Shown piece by piece: positions 25,242 to 38,428 of a DNA stretch of 62,000 nucleotides. Numbering within the stretch: the stretch's first letter is position 1; each line of letters begins with the position of its first letter. The position numbers and the translations under genes were made by a program. Under the pieces are notes generated by a model that saw only the letters and a list, made by a program, of their open reading frames with translations, had not been told where the DNA came from and made no database searches. This stretch comes from Octopus vulgaris (taxonomy: Eukaryota), in the NCBI GenBank assembly GCA_951406725.2, contig OX597814.1, forward strand, positions 169,280,001-169,342,000. The letters are read 5' to 3'.

Positions 25242-25520
25242 AATAACCTTTGCATTTGATTTTTTAATGTCTTTACCCACATACTTTCGTGGGTTGAGTT
25301 GAGCAAACACTATATGAGAGAGATTTTTAAGTATTAGAAATAGTTTTAAAAAGTTTTTTTAGCTACTATTTCTAATGAGTTCAGTATGTGGCAAAGTAAT
25401 TTATTTTACTAAGCCCTTTTATATAATGTAATAATTTGAATTTGCCTTAAATGGTCCCTTTGCATACTGAATACTTGGTGAAATTGATTAATAATTAATT
25501 AATTTTACCCTCAATTGTTG

Positions 25521-25557
<37 letters not shown>

Positions 25558-25638
25558 TGTATATATACATATATTAATAGTAATGGTAAGACAACAAAAG
25601 AATGAAAGAGATTTCGATATTATGTAAATAGAGGAATT

Positions 25639-27329
25639 TATCTGTAATATAATATGTGACAATTATTCGGTTGCCATAACAAAACTCTGAGTTTCAGATG
25701 TTGGAGTAGAAACCTGCTCCAGCATCTTTTCAGTTATCAAGGCAATCAAAATATGCTATGAAAATGACCATTAAACAAAGTGAAATTACTATGTAACTGA
25801 CCGTTATTACAACAAAAGAGCTATTAGAATGATCGTTAAATAAGGGAAAAAAGCGAAGGGGAGGAAGTAAAAAGTAAAGGAGTAAAAAAGCTCATAGCAT
25901 TCGTATATGTGTGCATGTACATACATACACAGGCATGCACGCACACCCATGTGCATGTGCCTATATGCATATGCACACTCACATGAAACACACATATGCC
26001 AATAGATGCACATATATATGCAACCATGCATGTACACATATATATCCACACACACGTGCTCACATACATGTGCACATACCCATATGCATACAGTTATATT
26101 CAAATACACATCTAAAAATATGCAGATGCTATATGCCCACTCACACCCTTGTGGAACACATGCATGTACACCTACATATATATGCAACCATACACATGTA
26201 CATATACACGCACATATATACATACTCACACACACAAACATGCACGATGTACACATATGTATATCCACACACACATGCACATGCACACACATGTGCACAT
26301 ACCCATACATGCACAGTTATATTTAAATGCATGTCTAAAATACGTGCATGCTATATATGCATATGCTCACTCACACTCATGTGGAACACTCACATGTATA
26401 CCCACATATATATATGCAACCATACACATATACATATATACATACCCGCACACATGCATACACACACGTGCACACAAAAAAGTTCATATACATGTCTTTA
26501 TATGCACATGCGCAAGAAAAATGCAGAGTGAAAGGTAAAATACAGAAAAATGTGTAAAAATATATGAAGCAATAAAAATATAAAAATATATCTCTATAAA
26601 TATGTAAAAAATGTATAAAAAATATGTACAAAATATGTGTAGGTATGTACACGTGTGTGTGTGTGTGCATCTGTGTGTGCAGATATACATATGTGTACAT
26701 CATGCATGTGTGTGTGTGTGCAGATATGTATATATGTACATGTGTACAGTTGCATATATATATGTGGGTGTACATGCATGTGTTCCACGCAAGTGTGAGT
26801 GAGGATATCGCATGTGCGTGTTTTTAGAACTGTATTTGAATATATCTGTGTGCATATGGGTATGTGCACGTGTGTGTGTGTGCGTGCCTGTGTGTGGATA
26901 TGTATATGTGTACATGCATGGTTGCATATATATGTACATCTGTTGGTGTATGTGTGCATGCGCATGTCTGTGTTTCATGTGAGTGTGAGTGAGCATATGC
27001 ATATAGGTACATGTATGTGGGTGTGTGTGCGTGCCTGTGTATGTATGTACATGCATGCATGCATGATTGCTACGAGCATTTTTATTCCTTTACTTTTTTT
27101 ACTTTCTCCCCTTCGGTTTTCCCCTTATTTAACGGTCATTCTAATAGCTCTTTTGTCTTCATAACGGTCAGTTACATAGTAATTTCTCTTTGTTTGATGG
27201 TCATTTTCATAGCATATTTTGATTGCCTTGATAACTGAAGAGATGTCTGAGCAGGTTTCCGCCCTGAGATCCGAAACTCAGAGTTTTATTATGGCAACCT
27301 AATAATTGTCACATATTATATTACAGATA
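25639..27329. repeat. Older inverted duplication (about 690-bp arms, about 300-bp spacer) with hammerhead-bearing outer ends
   Basis: About 25639-26330 aligns in reverse to about 26640-27329 with scattered mismatches; inner parts are degenerate (CA/TG)-rich sequence. Confidence 0.85.
27223..27297 (+). ncRNA. Hammerhead-like motif, partly degenerate (mirror copy at 25671-25745 on the minus strand)
   Basis: ttgcc-ttg-ataa-CTGAAGA(27235-41)-stem II-GAAA(27273-76)-CTCAGAG-TT-ttat-tat-ggcaa. Confidence 0.6.
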
Positions 27330-27375
27330 TATAAATATATATATATATATATATATGCACATACACACACACGTA

Positions 27376-27592
27376 CAAGGGGGGGCTGAAAAGTTCTTGC
27401 TTTTGCATAAAAGAAAATACAGGAGGGTTAGTTAATTACGATTTTATCCAACAGATTCTCCTCTCAGATTCACACACTTATTGCAGTGGTCCTTCAGTTT
27501 TTCTAAGCCCTGTTAAAATACTCGGAAGGTTGGGCCTTCAGCCAGGCCTTTCGTGACACCCTTAAAGCCAAGAACTTTTCGGCACCCACACA
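27376..27592. mobile_element. Mariner-type MITE
   Basis: Imperfect TIRs caaggggggggctgaaaagttcttgcttt / aaagccaagaacttttcggcaccc. Confidence 0.7.
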
Positions 27593-27596
27593 TATA

Positions 27597-27832
27597 TAGG
27601 GCGACCCAAAAGCAGGTTTACAGTTATCACGTAAGCACTTTAAATTTCTTTCAAAACATTTTATTACATTTAAATTTCTATCTTACAAACTGCAAAGGGA
27701 GCTTGACAAAATAAACTAAATTAGCATAGAATAATGGTTTCATGTTTTTAATATAATTAAGATCTAAACTGTTAATATATGAATGTGAAATAGATAGTCG
27801 AATAACCGTAAACCTACTTTTGGGCCACCCTG
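27597..27832. mobile_element. Tc1/mariner MITE
   Basis: TIRs agggcgacccaaaagcaggtttac / gtaaacctacttttgggccaccctg, followed by TA. Confidence 0.8.
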
Positions 27833-27946
27833 TATACAAATAGAGGGAAAGGGAAGGATACTTAATACATAGTGTTCATATGTACAAAGACATCTGAATG
27901 ATTGTATTCATGCATGTGTGAAACTGAGTGATGAATGAGAAAATCA

Positions 27947-28013
<67 letters not shown>

Positions 28014-28277
28014 GTAATTTATGGGAGAAAAATTTTTCAGCTCAAACTCCCTGTGTATATTGGTTACTCATTTTTGCAGTCAGTCAATATAAAAGGCAAA
28101 CATCATCATCATCATCATCATCATCATCATACCATTGATTGTTCACCAATGCATCAAGCTATTCCTGAAATAATGAGACATAAAAAAAATCATTAAATTT
28201 AGTATGAACATCCTGTATATATATATTCTGCTACAATAATAGCAATAAGTATGAACAACCTGTATATATATATATAT

Positions 28278-28673
28278 GTGGAGGCGCAATGGCCCAGTGG
28301 TTAGGGCAGAGGACTCGCGGTCATAGGATCGCGGTTTCGATTCCCAGACCGGGCGTTGTGAGTGTTTATTGAGCGAAAACACCTAAAGCTTCACGAGGCT
28401 CCGGCAGGGGATGGTGGTGATCCCTGCTGTACTCTTTCACCACAACTTTCTCTCACTCTTACTTCCCGTTTCTGTTGTACCTGAATTTCAAGGGGCCGGC
28501 CTTGTCACTCTCTGTGTCACGGTGAATATCCCCGGGAACTACATTAAGGGTGCACGTGTCTGTGGAGTGCTCAGCCACTTGCACGTTAATTTCACAAGCA
28601 GGCTGTTCCGTTGATTCGGACCAACCGGAACCCTCATCGTCGTAACCGACGGAGTGCTTCCAAAAAAAAAAAA
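28278..28673 (+). mobile_element. Full-length tRNA-derived SINE family C
   Basis: A box TGGCCCAGTGG (28290-300), B box GGTTTCGATTCCC (28333-45), A-rich tail, inside (TA)n. Confidence 0.9.
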
Positions 28674-28686
28674 TATATATATACAC

Positions 28687-28733
<47 letters not shown>

Positions 28734-28778
28734 CTTTATAATTAGGGTTCAGCAAAGATTTGCTTTAATAATACTTTA

Positions 28779-28827
<49 letters not shown>

Positions 28828-29834
28828 ATAATAATATGAGGGAATATTATTCCAAACTTACATATATATTCTACCAAATATATACGTTTTATTTACTATT
28901 TTGCACATTACTTAATCATTGTTATATGTTTTATCTTATATTTAATCTTTCTATTATATGTAATTTTTCTAAATGGCATAATTTAATTTTTCATTATTGA
29001 ATTGATAAAAGGTGCTTTTTCTCAAATTTTTATATATATATATTTGTGTGTCTGTGTTTGTCCCCCTCACCGTCACTTGATAACCGATGTTGGTGTGTTT
29101 ACATCCCAGTAACTTAGTGGTTTGGCAAAAGAGGCTGATAAAATAGGTACTAGGCTTACAAAGGATAAGTCCTGGGGTCGATTTCTTTGGCTAAAGGCAA
29201 TGCTCCAGCATGGCTGCAGTCAGATGGCTGAAATGAATAAATAAAAGAATATATAAAAGTGTCTGTGCAATGCCATGTAAAAGCACCTGTGCTGTGCCAC
29301 ATTAAAGCGCCCATACAGTCCCACATGAAAGCATTCATGTAGTGCCATGTGGAAGCACCCAGCACACTCTGTAAAGTTGTTGGCATTAGGAAGGGCATCA
29401 AGCTGTAGAAACCATATTAAATCAGAATAGAGTTTGGTGCAGCTCCCTAGCTTGCCAGCTCAGGTCAAACCATCTAATCCTTGCCAGCATTGAGAATAGA
29501 CGTTAAATGGTGATGATGTACTGTACTATTTCTTAGACTAGTATCCAGGAACTAAGACAAATATTAGTGAACTTTTGTAGTAACTGGAGAAGCAAAAGCC
29601 TAACAGAAAACTCTTTTAGAGTTTAACAGCAGGGTATATCAATATAAAAATTCTCTCAGATAATGTAACAACGAAAATATTAACAACAACAACAAAAGAA
29701 TAACATGTGAGTCTACAGTCATCACATTTTCTGTTCTGGACAGAGTCATGATTCAAAACTGTGTAATTTGTTTTGAATATAATGTCATAAAACACACAAC
29801 TTCATACTGATCTGGTAATAAACAGATTTATTCT

Positions 29835-30245
29835 TATTTCTTTATTGCCCACAAGGGGCTAAGCATAGAGGGGACAAACACGGACAGACAAACGGATTTA
29901 GTCGATTATAACAACCCCCAGTGCATAACTGGTACTTAATTTATCGACCCTAAAAGGATGAAAGGCTAAGTCAACCTTGGCGGTATTTGAACTCAGAACG
30001 TAATGGCAAGTGAAATACCTATTTCTTTACTACCCACAAGGGGCTAAACACAGAGGGGACAAACAAGGACAGACAAACTGATTAAGTCGATTATATCGAC
30101 CCCCAGGGCATAACTGGTACTTGATTTATCGACCCCAAAAGGATGAAAGGCAAGGTCAACCTCAGCGGAATTTGAACTCAGAACGTAATGGCAGGCGAAA
30201 TACTGCTAAGCATTTCATGCAGGGTGCTAACATTTCTGCCAGCTC
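29835..30245 (-). mobile_element. SINE family B tandem dimer
   Basis: Junction gaaatacc|tatttc at about 30019. Confidence 0.85.
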
Positions 30246-30825
30246 ACAGATTTATTCTTGTCAGGCAGATACATTAGGAAATGCATTATCCATTTTTGTG
30301 GCAACAGATGCAGCACTATTGACGACATGCGTTGTGTGACATGCCATCATCTTTCTTATGTTTCTCTAACTACTGTGAAAGTCCATTGACGATTGCTCAC
30401 TGTCTCCAAATCCCTGAAATTCTGTATGAAACTAATGTCATGAAATTGAACGGTATTAAGTTTATAAATACCCATTACCTGAGAGAAATATATCTCATGG
30501 TACAATTAAATAAAGGATACAGTTGACCAATGAGAAGCTATTCAATTGAATCTCATTTGTACCATCATTGAGAAGAAACTGACATTAAGCTTCAAACTGC
30601 TGCTGATGAGTGAGGATGGTATTTCACAAGAGCATACTTCATTTTCTCTAACTTAATCGGATAATCATTTAAGATAGACACTGAAATTACAAGCACAATG
30701 TTAAGTGTACATTACACCTATGGATCAATGGATACCCTTTTGAAACTAACATGTGTATTTGAAATAGCTGGAGAACTTTCACAAAGAAAACCTCTGTACT
30801 TTCTTCTCCTCATTAATTAGTATAA

Positions 30826-31195
30826 TCTCTCTCTATATAAAGCTGAAGTTGTCTGAGTATGGCAGGTTTGGTAGCCTTCAACTAACACTATCTCCTCTGA
30901 GGCTCTGCGGCGCAAGTTGACCAAAATTGAGAGTATGATAGAAGAAGGCTTGCTCTTCCTTCCGTAGAAGAAAAAAATTCAAATCGGGCCATGTTAACAC
31001 CAAAAATTATTTACATTGAAAAGGTGCTTTTTACGATGTTTTGACTGCTGTGTTGCCATTTTTCGGTGTATTTCAACCAGAAAAATGTTCACTTAAAGAG
31101 AATAACAAGCTACATAATGCAAAATTTTTACTTTTTAAAAATTCCAATTCGAAAGGGTTGAAACAAACCCGAGCAACGCCGGGCGATACTGCTAG
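30826..31195 (+). mobile_element. Non-autonomous Helitron
   Basis: 5' TC after an A, subterminal hairpin cccgagcaacgccggg (31168-83), 3' CTAG followed by T, no TSD. Confidence 0.8.
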
Positions 31196-31449
31196 TAATT
31201 TGATAAACTTTGAAGTTATTCTCAAGAAAGGTCCAATTAAAAAAGTTACCTCTTTCCATAACCACAGCCAGATTAAGACCTATAGAGGCTCTAAGCACTT
31301 AAAAGATTTTGGTGTGCCCATACATATGTAATTCAAAATATAAACAATAATAAACCATAAATTTTTATTTTCTCAAAATGAAACAAAAGTAACAATAAGA
31401 TGGAAAATGATGTTTATTTTTGTTCACTTCCACTTTATTTATATTTGAA

Positions 31450-32420
31450 AAGTTTTCTCCTAACTTTTTTCTTTTTAATTTGCAAAGTCTTTGATTAGAT
31501 CCTCACTATGATGCCATGACCACTTTGGAATTATATTTCCAATCATATAAACCACTTTGAATGCTGTTGCATCAACCTTTTACTTCTTTTTATATCCCTT
31601 ATATTTTTTTGTGCATAACTATTGGTTTATTTTTATGAAATAGATATTGCAAGTAGCAATTATTGTCTTATTACAATCTCCTATTTTTGAATGACTATTT
31701 CGCTTATCATTTATATCTCATCTATTTTCATACAAGCAATTTTTCTTTAAAGATTGTATTTGCAATCAGCCCTAAGCTTGTCTCTGAAAGGGAGCTCAGT
31801 GATGACATGCAACAAATGGTTAACAAATTATGTTTAACTTGCAACTGACTAGGAGTTATTAATATAGCAGTGGCCATGATATTTGAGACAGCGGTCAAGA
31901 AAAAAAAGGCAAAATCAAGGTAAGTCCCCGTCAAGAAAATAGGTCTTTGTAAAGAAATGACAGCTGATAAGTCAGATAAAGATAGGAATATCAGTATGTC
32001 GATGGCAATTAGAAAAATTAGGGAGTTAGCAGATAAGTTAAAAATAATTTTTTATTATTTATGCACCCTTTTCAAGCCTAGTCAGGCTCATGGGCCCAGT
32101 TTTCTGGTTTCTATGGCATATGTGCTCCCCCCAGCTCGAAGGGACACCAGTCCATCGTAGTGTTACTCAAAAAAAACAGGAAGAAAGAGTAAAAGAATGT
32201 TGGGGTGAAAGAGTACAACAGGGGTCGCCACCACCCCCTGCCAGAGCCTTGTGGAGCTTTAGGTGTTTTCGCTCAATAAACACACACAATGCCTGGCCTA
32301 GGAATCAAAACTACGATCCTCAGACTGCGAGTCCACTGCCCTAACCACTGGGCCATTGTGTCTCCACAATTACTGAAAAATTAGGTGTTGAAATGAAAGT
32401 AGAAGAAATCCTAAATCAAA
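31450..32420 (-). pseudogene. Possible decayed 7TM/GPCR-like fragment interrupted by a SINE
   Basis: Removing the SINE at 32050-32367 (aatt duplication) gives a stop-free reading FSVIIFNLSANSLIFLIAIDILIFLSLSDLSAVISLQRPIFL...AFFFLTAVSNIMATAILI; no DRY motif. Confidence 0.3.
32050..32367 (-). mobile_element. SINE with a family C head and an alternative (family E) tail
   Basis: Head matches 28278; tail gggcccatgagcctgactaggcttgaaaagggtgcataaataa matches about 56430-56475 and about 12345-12460. Confidence 0.85.
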
Positions 32421-32581
32421 GGCTTGAAAGGGAAAATATATGAGAATAATTGGCAGCAGCATGGCTATGAGGCTATCTCTTCTTAACTATGTGGTTTTAG
32501 ATTCAATCTCATTGCATGGCACCTTGGCCAAGTATCTTCTAACATAACCCTGGCTGACCAAATATATATATATATATATAT

Positions 32582-32626
<45 letters not shown>

Positions 32627-33489
32627 TATACACATCTCTCTCACTCTCTCTCTGAACATCAAATCATTGTTGGAAAGAAGTTTTACTTCTCTCAGAGCAG
32701 GCTATTATGTTCTTCATCAGTTAACCAATTATTGTTTTGTTGTCCAAGCCCTGGTTGTCTCATAGTCCAATCAGACCTCAGAATTAGTCTTTGGTTTGAG
32801 ATCCAAACTCTCAGTTGGTCCTAATGACATTTAGGACCAACAGGCTGTGCTATATTCTGATCACACACAATATAGGACTTAAGACTGCAGCCACAGTTCA
32901 CAATAGCTGGCATAATTCAGTCACAAAATTCCGAGTCAAAACTGAAGATCTGAGCCTGAAATAATCCTTATTTCAGGTTCTGGACTCAGTAAAATATATC
33001 CACTGAATGTTTTTTCAGTTTGCTGCCACATTCACATCAATCTTATAGCAAGATGCTTGATGCAAATTGTAGAATTTTAGCCAGACCTCTTTTAGTTATA
33101 AATGAGCCTTGAATCTCAAGCAAAGGCTGAAACCAGGTTTAAATACCAAACTTTTGTCCATAACTTTTTACAGTTGGTTACCAGTTTGCCCTATTATTTC
33201 CTTTTTGTATTTGTATTTCATTTTGTAACTCTCATGTTCTTAATTGTTCTTAACATTGTGGAGGCACAATGGCCCGATGGTTAGAGCAGCGGACTCGCCG
33301 TCAGAGGATTGCGGTTTCGATTCCCAGACCGGGCGTTGTGTGTGTTTATTGAACGGAAACACCTAAAGCACCTTCTTCTTTTGTCACAGTTCAAGCGTTC
33401 TTTCTTGATGAATAACTGGAATTTCATGAATTCTTTTCACTGGAATCAGTTTGTACCCATGATCTAAAAACTGGGAATTGCTACTCTTT

Positions 33490-33900
33490 TTCTCTTTTAC
33501 TTGTTTCAGTCATTTGACTGTGGCCATGCTGGAGCACCGCCTTTAGTTGAGCAAATCGACCCCAGGACTTATTCTTTGTAAGCCTAGTACTTATTCTATC
33601 GGTCTCTTTTACCGAACCGCTAAGTGATGGGGACATAAACACACCAGCATCGGTTGTTAAGCAATGCTAGGGGGACAAACACAGACACACAAACATACAT
33701 ACACACACACACACACATATATATACATATATACGATGGACTTCTTTCAGTTTCCGTCTATCAAATCCACTCACAAGGCTTTGGTCAGCCCAAGGTTATA
33801 GTAGAAGACACTTGCCCAAGATGCCATGCAGTGGGACTGAACCCAGAGCCATGTGGTTGGTAAGCAGACTACTTACCACACAGCCACTCCTGCACCTGTT
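33490..33900 (-). mobile_element. SINE family A
   Basis: Colinear with the other family A copies. Confidence 0.85.
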
Positions 33901-34949
33901 GCATATTTCTAACTATTCAAAAGGCACAGATATGGATACAAAAGCTGTTCTAGTATCACATTTAAATCCAGTTAACTCTCCATTCACTTTCAATTGAATT
34001 TTAATAGACTTGTCTTTAATTTCATTTGCTGTTTGTAATGTAATATTTCTCAAAACTGGATGTTTTATCAGTCATCTTTTACTTACTTCAGTCATTGGAT
34101 TGCAGTCATACTGGGATCCACCTTGATGGGTTTAGTTGAATAAATCATTTCCATTCTGTATATTTAAGGTGAGAGGCACAAGCACTTACACTGCCTGACT
34201 GGCCCTCGTGCCAGTGGCATGTAAAAGCACCCACTACACTCTTGGAGTGGTTGGCGTTAGGAAGGGCATCCAGCTGTAGAAACTGTGCCAGATCAGATTG
34301 GAGTCTGGTGCAGCCATCTGGTTCACCAGACCTCAGTCAAATCGTCCAACATTTCAACATCATGGAAAACGGACGTTAAACGATGATGATGATGCTGATG
34401 ATGATGTACACCCATGATGGAAACTTCTGCCTACCAAATCCAATCACAAGGTTTCAGTCAGCCCAAAACTATAGCAGAAGACACTTGCCTAAGTGGGACT
34501 GAACCCCAAACCATGTGGCTGGGAAGCAAGCTTCCTAAACACACAGCCATACCCATACCAGCATAGAAAATGAACATTAAATGACGATGATGATGATTTT
34601 TAAGTTTGGTATTTATCCTATCATAATCTTTTGCTGAACTGCTAAGTTACTGGTACATAACCAACAATGTGATGGGGGTGGGGGTGGAAACAAACTCAAA
34701 GCCACACACACACATTTTTATGAAGAGCTTCCATCTACCAAGTTCACTCACAAAGCATTGGTCAGCCCAAGACTAAAGCAGAAGACACATGCTCAAGGTT
34801 CCATAATGGAGGACTTAAATTCAAAACTACAAGTTTGCAAAGTGAGCTTCTTAACCATGCAGCCATACCTGCACCTGTTTGCTTAATTTTTCTTTTCAAA
34901 TTCTATTTATTATTTTTCTGTTATTATTCATCCTTATTTTGATTTAATC

Positions 34950-35880
34950 TGAATCAGAATTCTTTCAAAAATGATCTTTCTTATGGCTACAATTACATTC
35001 TACACATTTTCCCCCTTGTTCAATATTTCATTCTTCCTCTATTCTCATGGCCAAAATTTTCAGACTCAGGCTTTCCTTTTAATAAATTTGAAGAACTTTC
35101 AATAGCTGTATTTATTGGTATTAGAATTTTCAATGTTTTTCTAGTGTAGAGTCTTGTTTCTCTCAAAATTATTTACCACACATTTTTCGTATATGTGTCC
35201 ATAATCAATCTGTCTCTTACAGAATTTGTAAAGTCTACCAATTTCTGAATTTTATTTTTCTGCAACAAATTGGTACTACTCATTCCACTCATTTGATAGA
35301 AACTGAAACAAATTTTATATTTCAACATCACAAGAATTCTCTTCCTCAAAATGTGTTACCAATTTTTGTATGACTTCGAAAAATTTACATTTTGCATCAT
35401 CAAAGCATTAGCCAATTTAAACGTTTTTACCACCAGTTCCAGTGATAAAATATTTCAATTTTACATCTTCATTGGTAAATCTGTTTTTAGATCAAAATAA
35501 GTCTCCATTCTGATCACAAAAATCTTTTTATTTCAGAATGTTGGAAACTTTTTTTTTTTCTATGAAATAACCTGAACTTATCTAGATATTTCTTCAGCCA
35601 ATCTAATATCATAATTTCATAATTTTTAAACAAATGACCTCAAAAAAAAATATATTCTTCTAAAAATTAAGAATTTATCACCATTTTTTTTTCCGTTTTG
35701 CAAAACCTGTTGCTAATTTTTGTGGAAAAGTTTTCATATCTACCTTTTTTTTCTCAAAGTCTTCAGTGCTACATTTTTCAGGCTAACTTCATCTTGTTCC
35801 CACTTTTTTGTTGTGTTTATTTCTTAGTTACAGTACAATCTGCAAGTATAATAAAAGCAAATTCTACAATTATTGACAGG
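34950..35880 (-). mobile_element. Old AT-rich L1-like LINE fragment
   Basis: Minus translation YKFCKRQIDYGHIYEKC (about 35178-35232) resembles the L1 ORF2 CCHC motif; A-rich minus strand with many stops. Confidence 0.45.
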
Positions 35881-36260
35881 AATATATAATAAAAAATTGT
35901 TTTCAAATCTTGCCACAAGGGAGAGGATAAATCGATTACATCGACTCCAGTGTTTCACTGGTACTTAATTTATTAGGATATAATAATGAAAATAAAGCAA
36001 TGAACCTCAGTAATTAGTTGATATCATTGTACAACATTTCGGCTAAAGAGTGTAACCCTTTGCCAAAATAATCATGTTTTATTATATCTAAGATCACAGG
36101 TTTTTGGTATAGCTGTGTACCAAAAAGTTTGCTTGCCAAATGCATGGTCTCAGGTTCAGTTATACTGTGTGGCAACTTGGGCAAGTGTCTTCTAATATAG
36201 CATCCAGGTAACCAAGGCTTTGTGAGTGGATTTGATAGATGGAAACTGAAAGCCTGTCCA

Positions 36261-36313
<53 letters not shown>

Positions 36314-37597
36314 TGTGCGTGTGTGTGTGTATGTGAATGTGTGCATGTGTGTGTGTATGTGAATGTGTGCGTGTGTGTGTATGTGAATGTGTGCATGTGT
36401 GTGTGTGTATGTGTGTGAGTGCGTTACTGTCTGCTTGTTGTCATGTGATGTCATGCAAGCGCATGTCCTTCATCCTCAATCTTCTATGGCAACACATCTG
36501 GTCATGGGGAATATTACCTTACTTGGAAACAGGTGAGGGTTGGCAACAGGAAGAGCATCCAGCTATAGAAAATCTTCCTCATCAAATTCTGTCTGACCCA
36601 TGACAGTATGGAAACATAGAAGTTAAACTATGATGATATATGAGTATATTTTTCCATTCACCCTGCTCAATTTATGTACCAACCCACAAGTGACATCAAC
36701 TATTGCTACATATTGTAGGGCTAAACAAATAGCTGTCTTTAGTTGAACTGTGACTGAGGAGATGAATAATCTCTGAAACATCTCAATGTTATGTAAATTA
36801 ACTTGTGATAAGTATCCTATAGCTCCTATTTGTGATATATTTGTAGTCTATTCTTCCTGTTATTTTTAAATTCACACACACATATTCGAATTAAATACAA
36901 CAGTAAAGTCACAATAAAGTATGTGAGAATTGTGTATATATATATTACACACTTTGCTATATTAGTACAAAATGTATACATGTATGTGTGAATGATTTTG
37001 TTTTACCTCTCATCTTCACATGTGTATGGTGACTGTAAACAAAAGCCTTACCAGTCAAGACCAATGGTGTTCGTCTGCAGTCTACTGCAAAAGCATATGC
37101 AGGCTACATGTCATGTCATGACAGGTTGCAAGCTGAATATCCACAAAAGCCTCACCATTCATGCAAACAATCTCATTTGTTTACAGTCTTCCAGGAAAGG
37201 ATGTCTGGACTGTTTGTTGTTCAATAAACTGTGGTATTTATTGTCTTGCATAGAAACAGATGCGAGATATCAGAAATGATATCTGGTCATAGAAAGCTTA
37301 CCTCAAGTAATCTCAATTGATCAATCCAAACATGGAAAACTAGACTTTAAAGCAGTGTTTCTCAAATGGTTCCTACAGGTTCCGTAAGAAAGAGTGAGAT
37401 AAGCTAATGCTAATTTCATGATTGTAATATTACTATACATGCACAACATATTATTGGTTATTGTAATATTCTTTTCTGCTCTAGGCACAAGGCCCAAAAT
37501 TTTGGGGGAGAGGGGCAGTCGATTAAATTGACTCCAGTACTGGTACTTAATTTATTAACCCCGAGAGGATTTATGGACACCCTATATATGCATATAC

Positions 37598-37649
<52 letters not shown>

Positions 37650-37652
<3 letters not shown>

Positions 37653-37947
37653 GCTCAGTGGTTAGAGCATCGAACTTATGATCATGAGGTTGTGAGCTCG
37701 AATCCCGGACCAGGCTGCATGTTGTGTTCTTGAGCAAGACACTTTATTTCACGTCGCTCCAGTTCACTCAGCTGTAGAAATGAGTTGCGATGTCAGAGGT
37801 GCCAAGCTGTATCGGCCGTTGCCTTTTCCTTGGATAACACTGGTGGCGTGGGGGAGGGGGGGGCTGGTATGCATGAGCGACTGCTGGTCTTCCCTAAATA
37901 ACTTTGCCTGGGAGGGTAACCTTCTAGGTGCAATCCCATGGTCTGTG
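37650..37947 (+). mobile_element. tRNA-derived SINE family D
   Basis: A box TGGCTCAGTGG and B-box-like GAGCTCGAATCCC; reverse copy at 44578-44900. Confidence 0.8.
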
Positions 37948-38428
37948 TCATGACCGAAGGGGTCTCAGAATATATATATATGTATATATGTGCAGGAGAA
38001 CAGAGGAGAGAGCGGGAAAATAGCAGTGGTGAGCATGGATATGTTGTAGGGGAGAGAGGGGTCATGGACATGGATTTTACTTTTGCTGGGCAAGTCTTCT
38101 CCAGCACAACATATCTTCAGTTGTCTCAATCCCTTTCACCTCCTCCGTGAGACTCAGCATATGAAGATCATTTCTCACCACTTCATCCCATGTCCTCCTA
38201 TGTCTACTTCTTCTGCAGGTTCCTTCCACATTTAGAGATTGGCACTTATTTATGAAGCTTCTTATATTCAACTTAAACCATTTACACTTGTACATGTACA
38301 CTGACTTTGCACATCTAGCAACGCATGCTGGTTTCTTTTATTTCAAGCCTTCACATGTCCTTTGCAGCCACAGCCCCTGTTTTGCTGCCATGTAGCACAG
38401 CTGTCCGTACACAGGTATCATACAATCA

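Larger units (their letters stand above)
24740..25426. repeat. Near-perfect ~690-bp palindrome (about 345-bp arms, 3-nt loop at 25084-86); probable Penelope-like fold-back insertion
   Basis: Mirror-image ORFs 24953-25177(-) and 24993-25217(+); I see only a 3-nt indel, a 1-nt indel and one substitution between the arms. Confidence 0.95.

Noticed and set aside
25807-27164. Many His/Cys/Met-rich ORFs that look like metal-binding proteins
   Set aside because: Degenerate CA/TG low-complexity sequence.
28278-28350. tRNA-like sequence with A and B boxes
   Set aside because: Head of a SINE with a body and tail; no acceptor stem, so not a tRNA gene. The same applies at 33258, 37650 and 56220.
30601-30645. 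CTGATGA-GTGA/TCAC possible hammerhead
   Set aside because: GAAA is replaced by AAGA and there is no convincing stem I or III.
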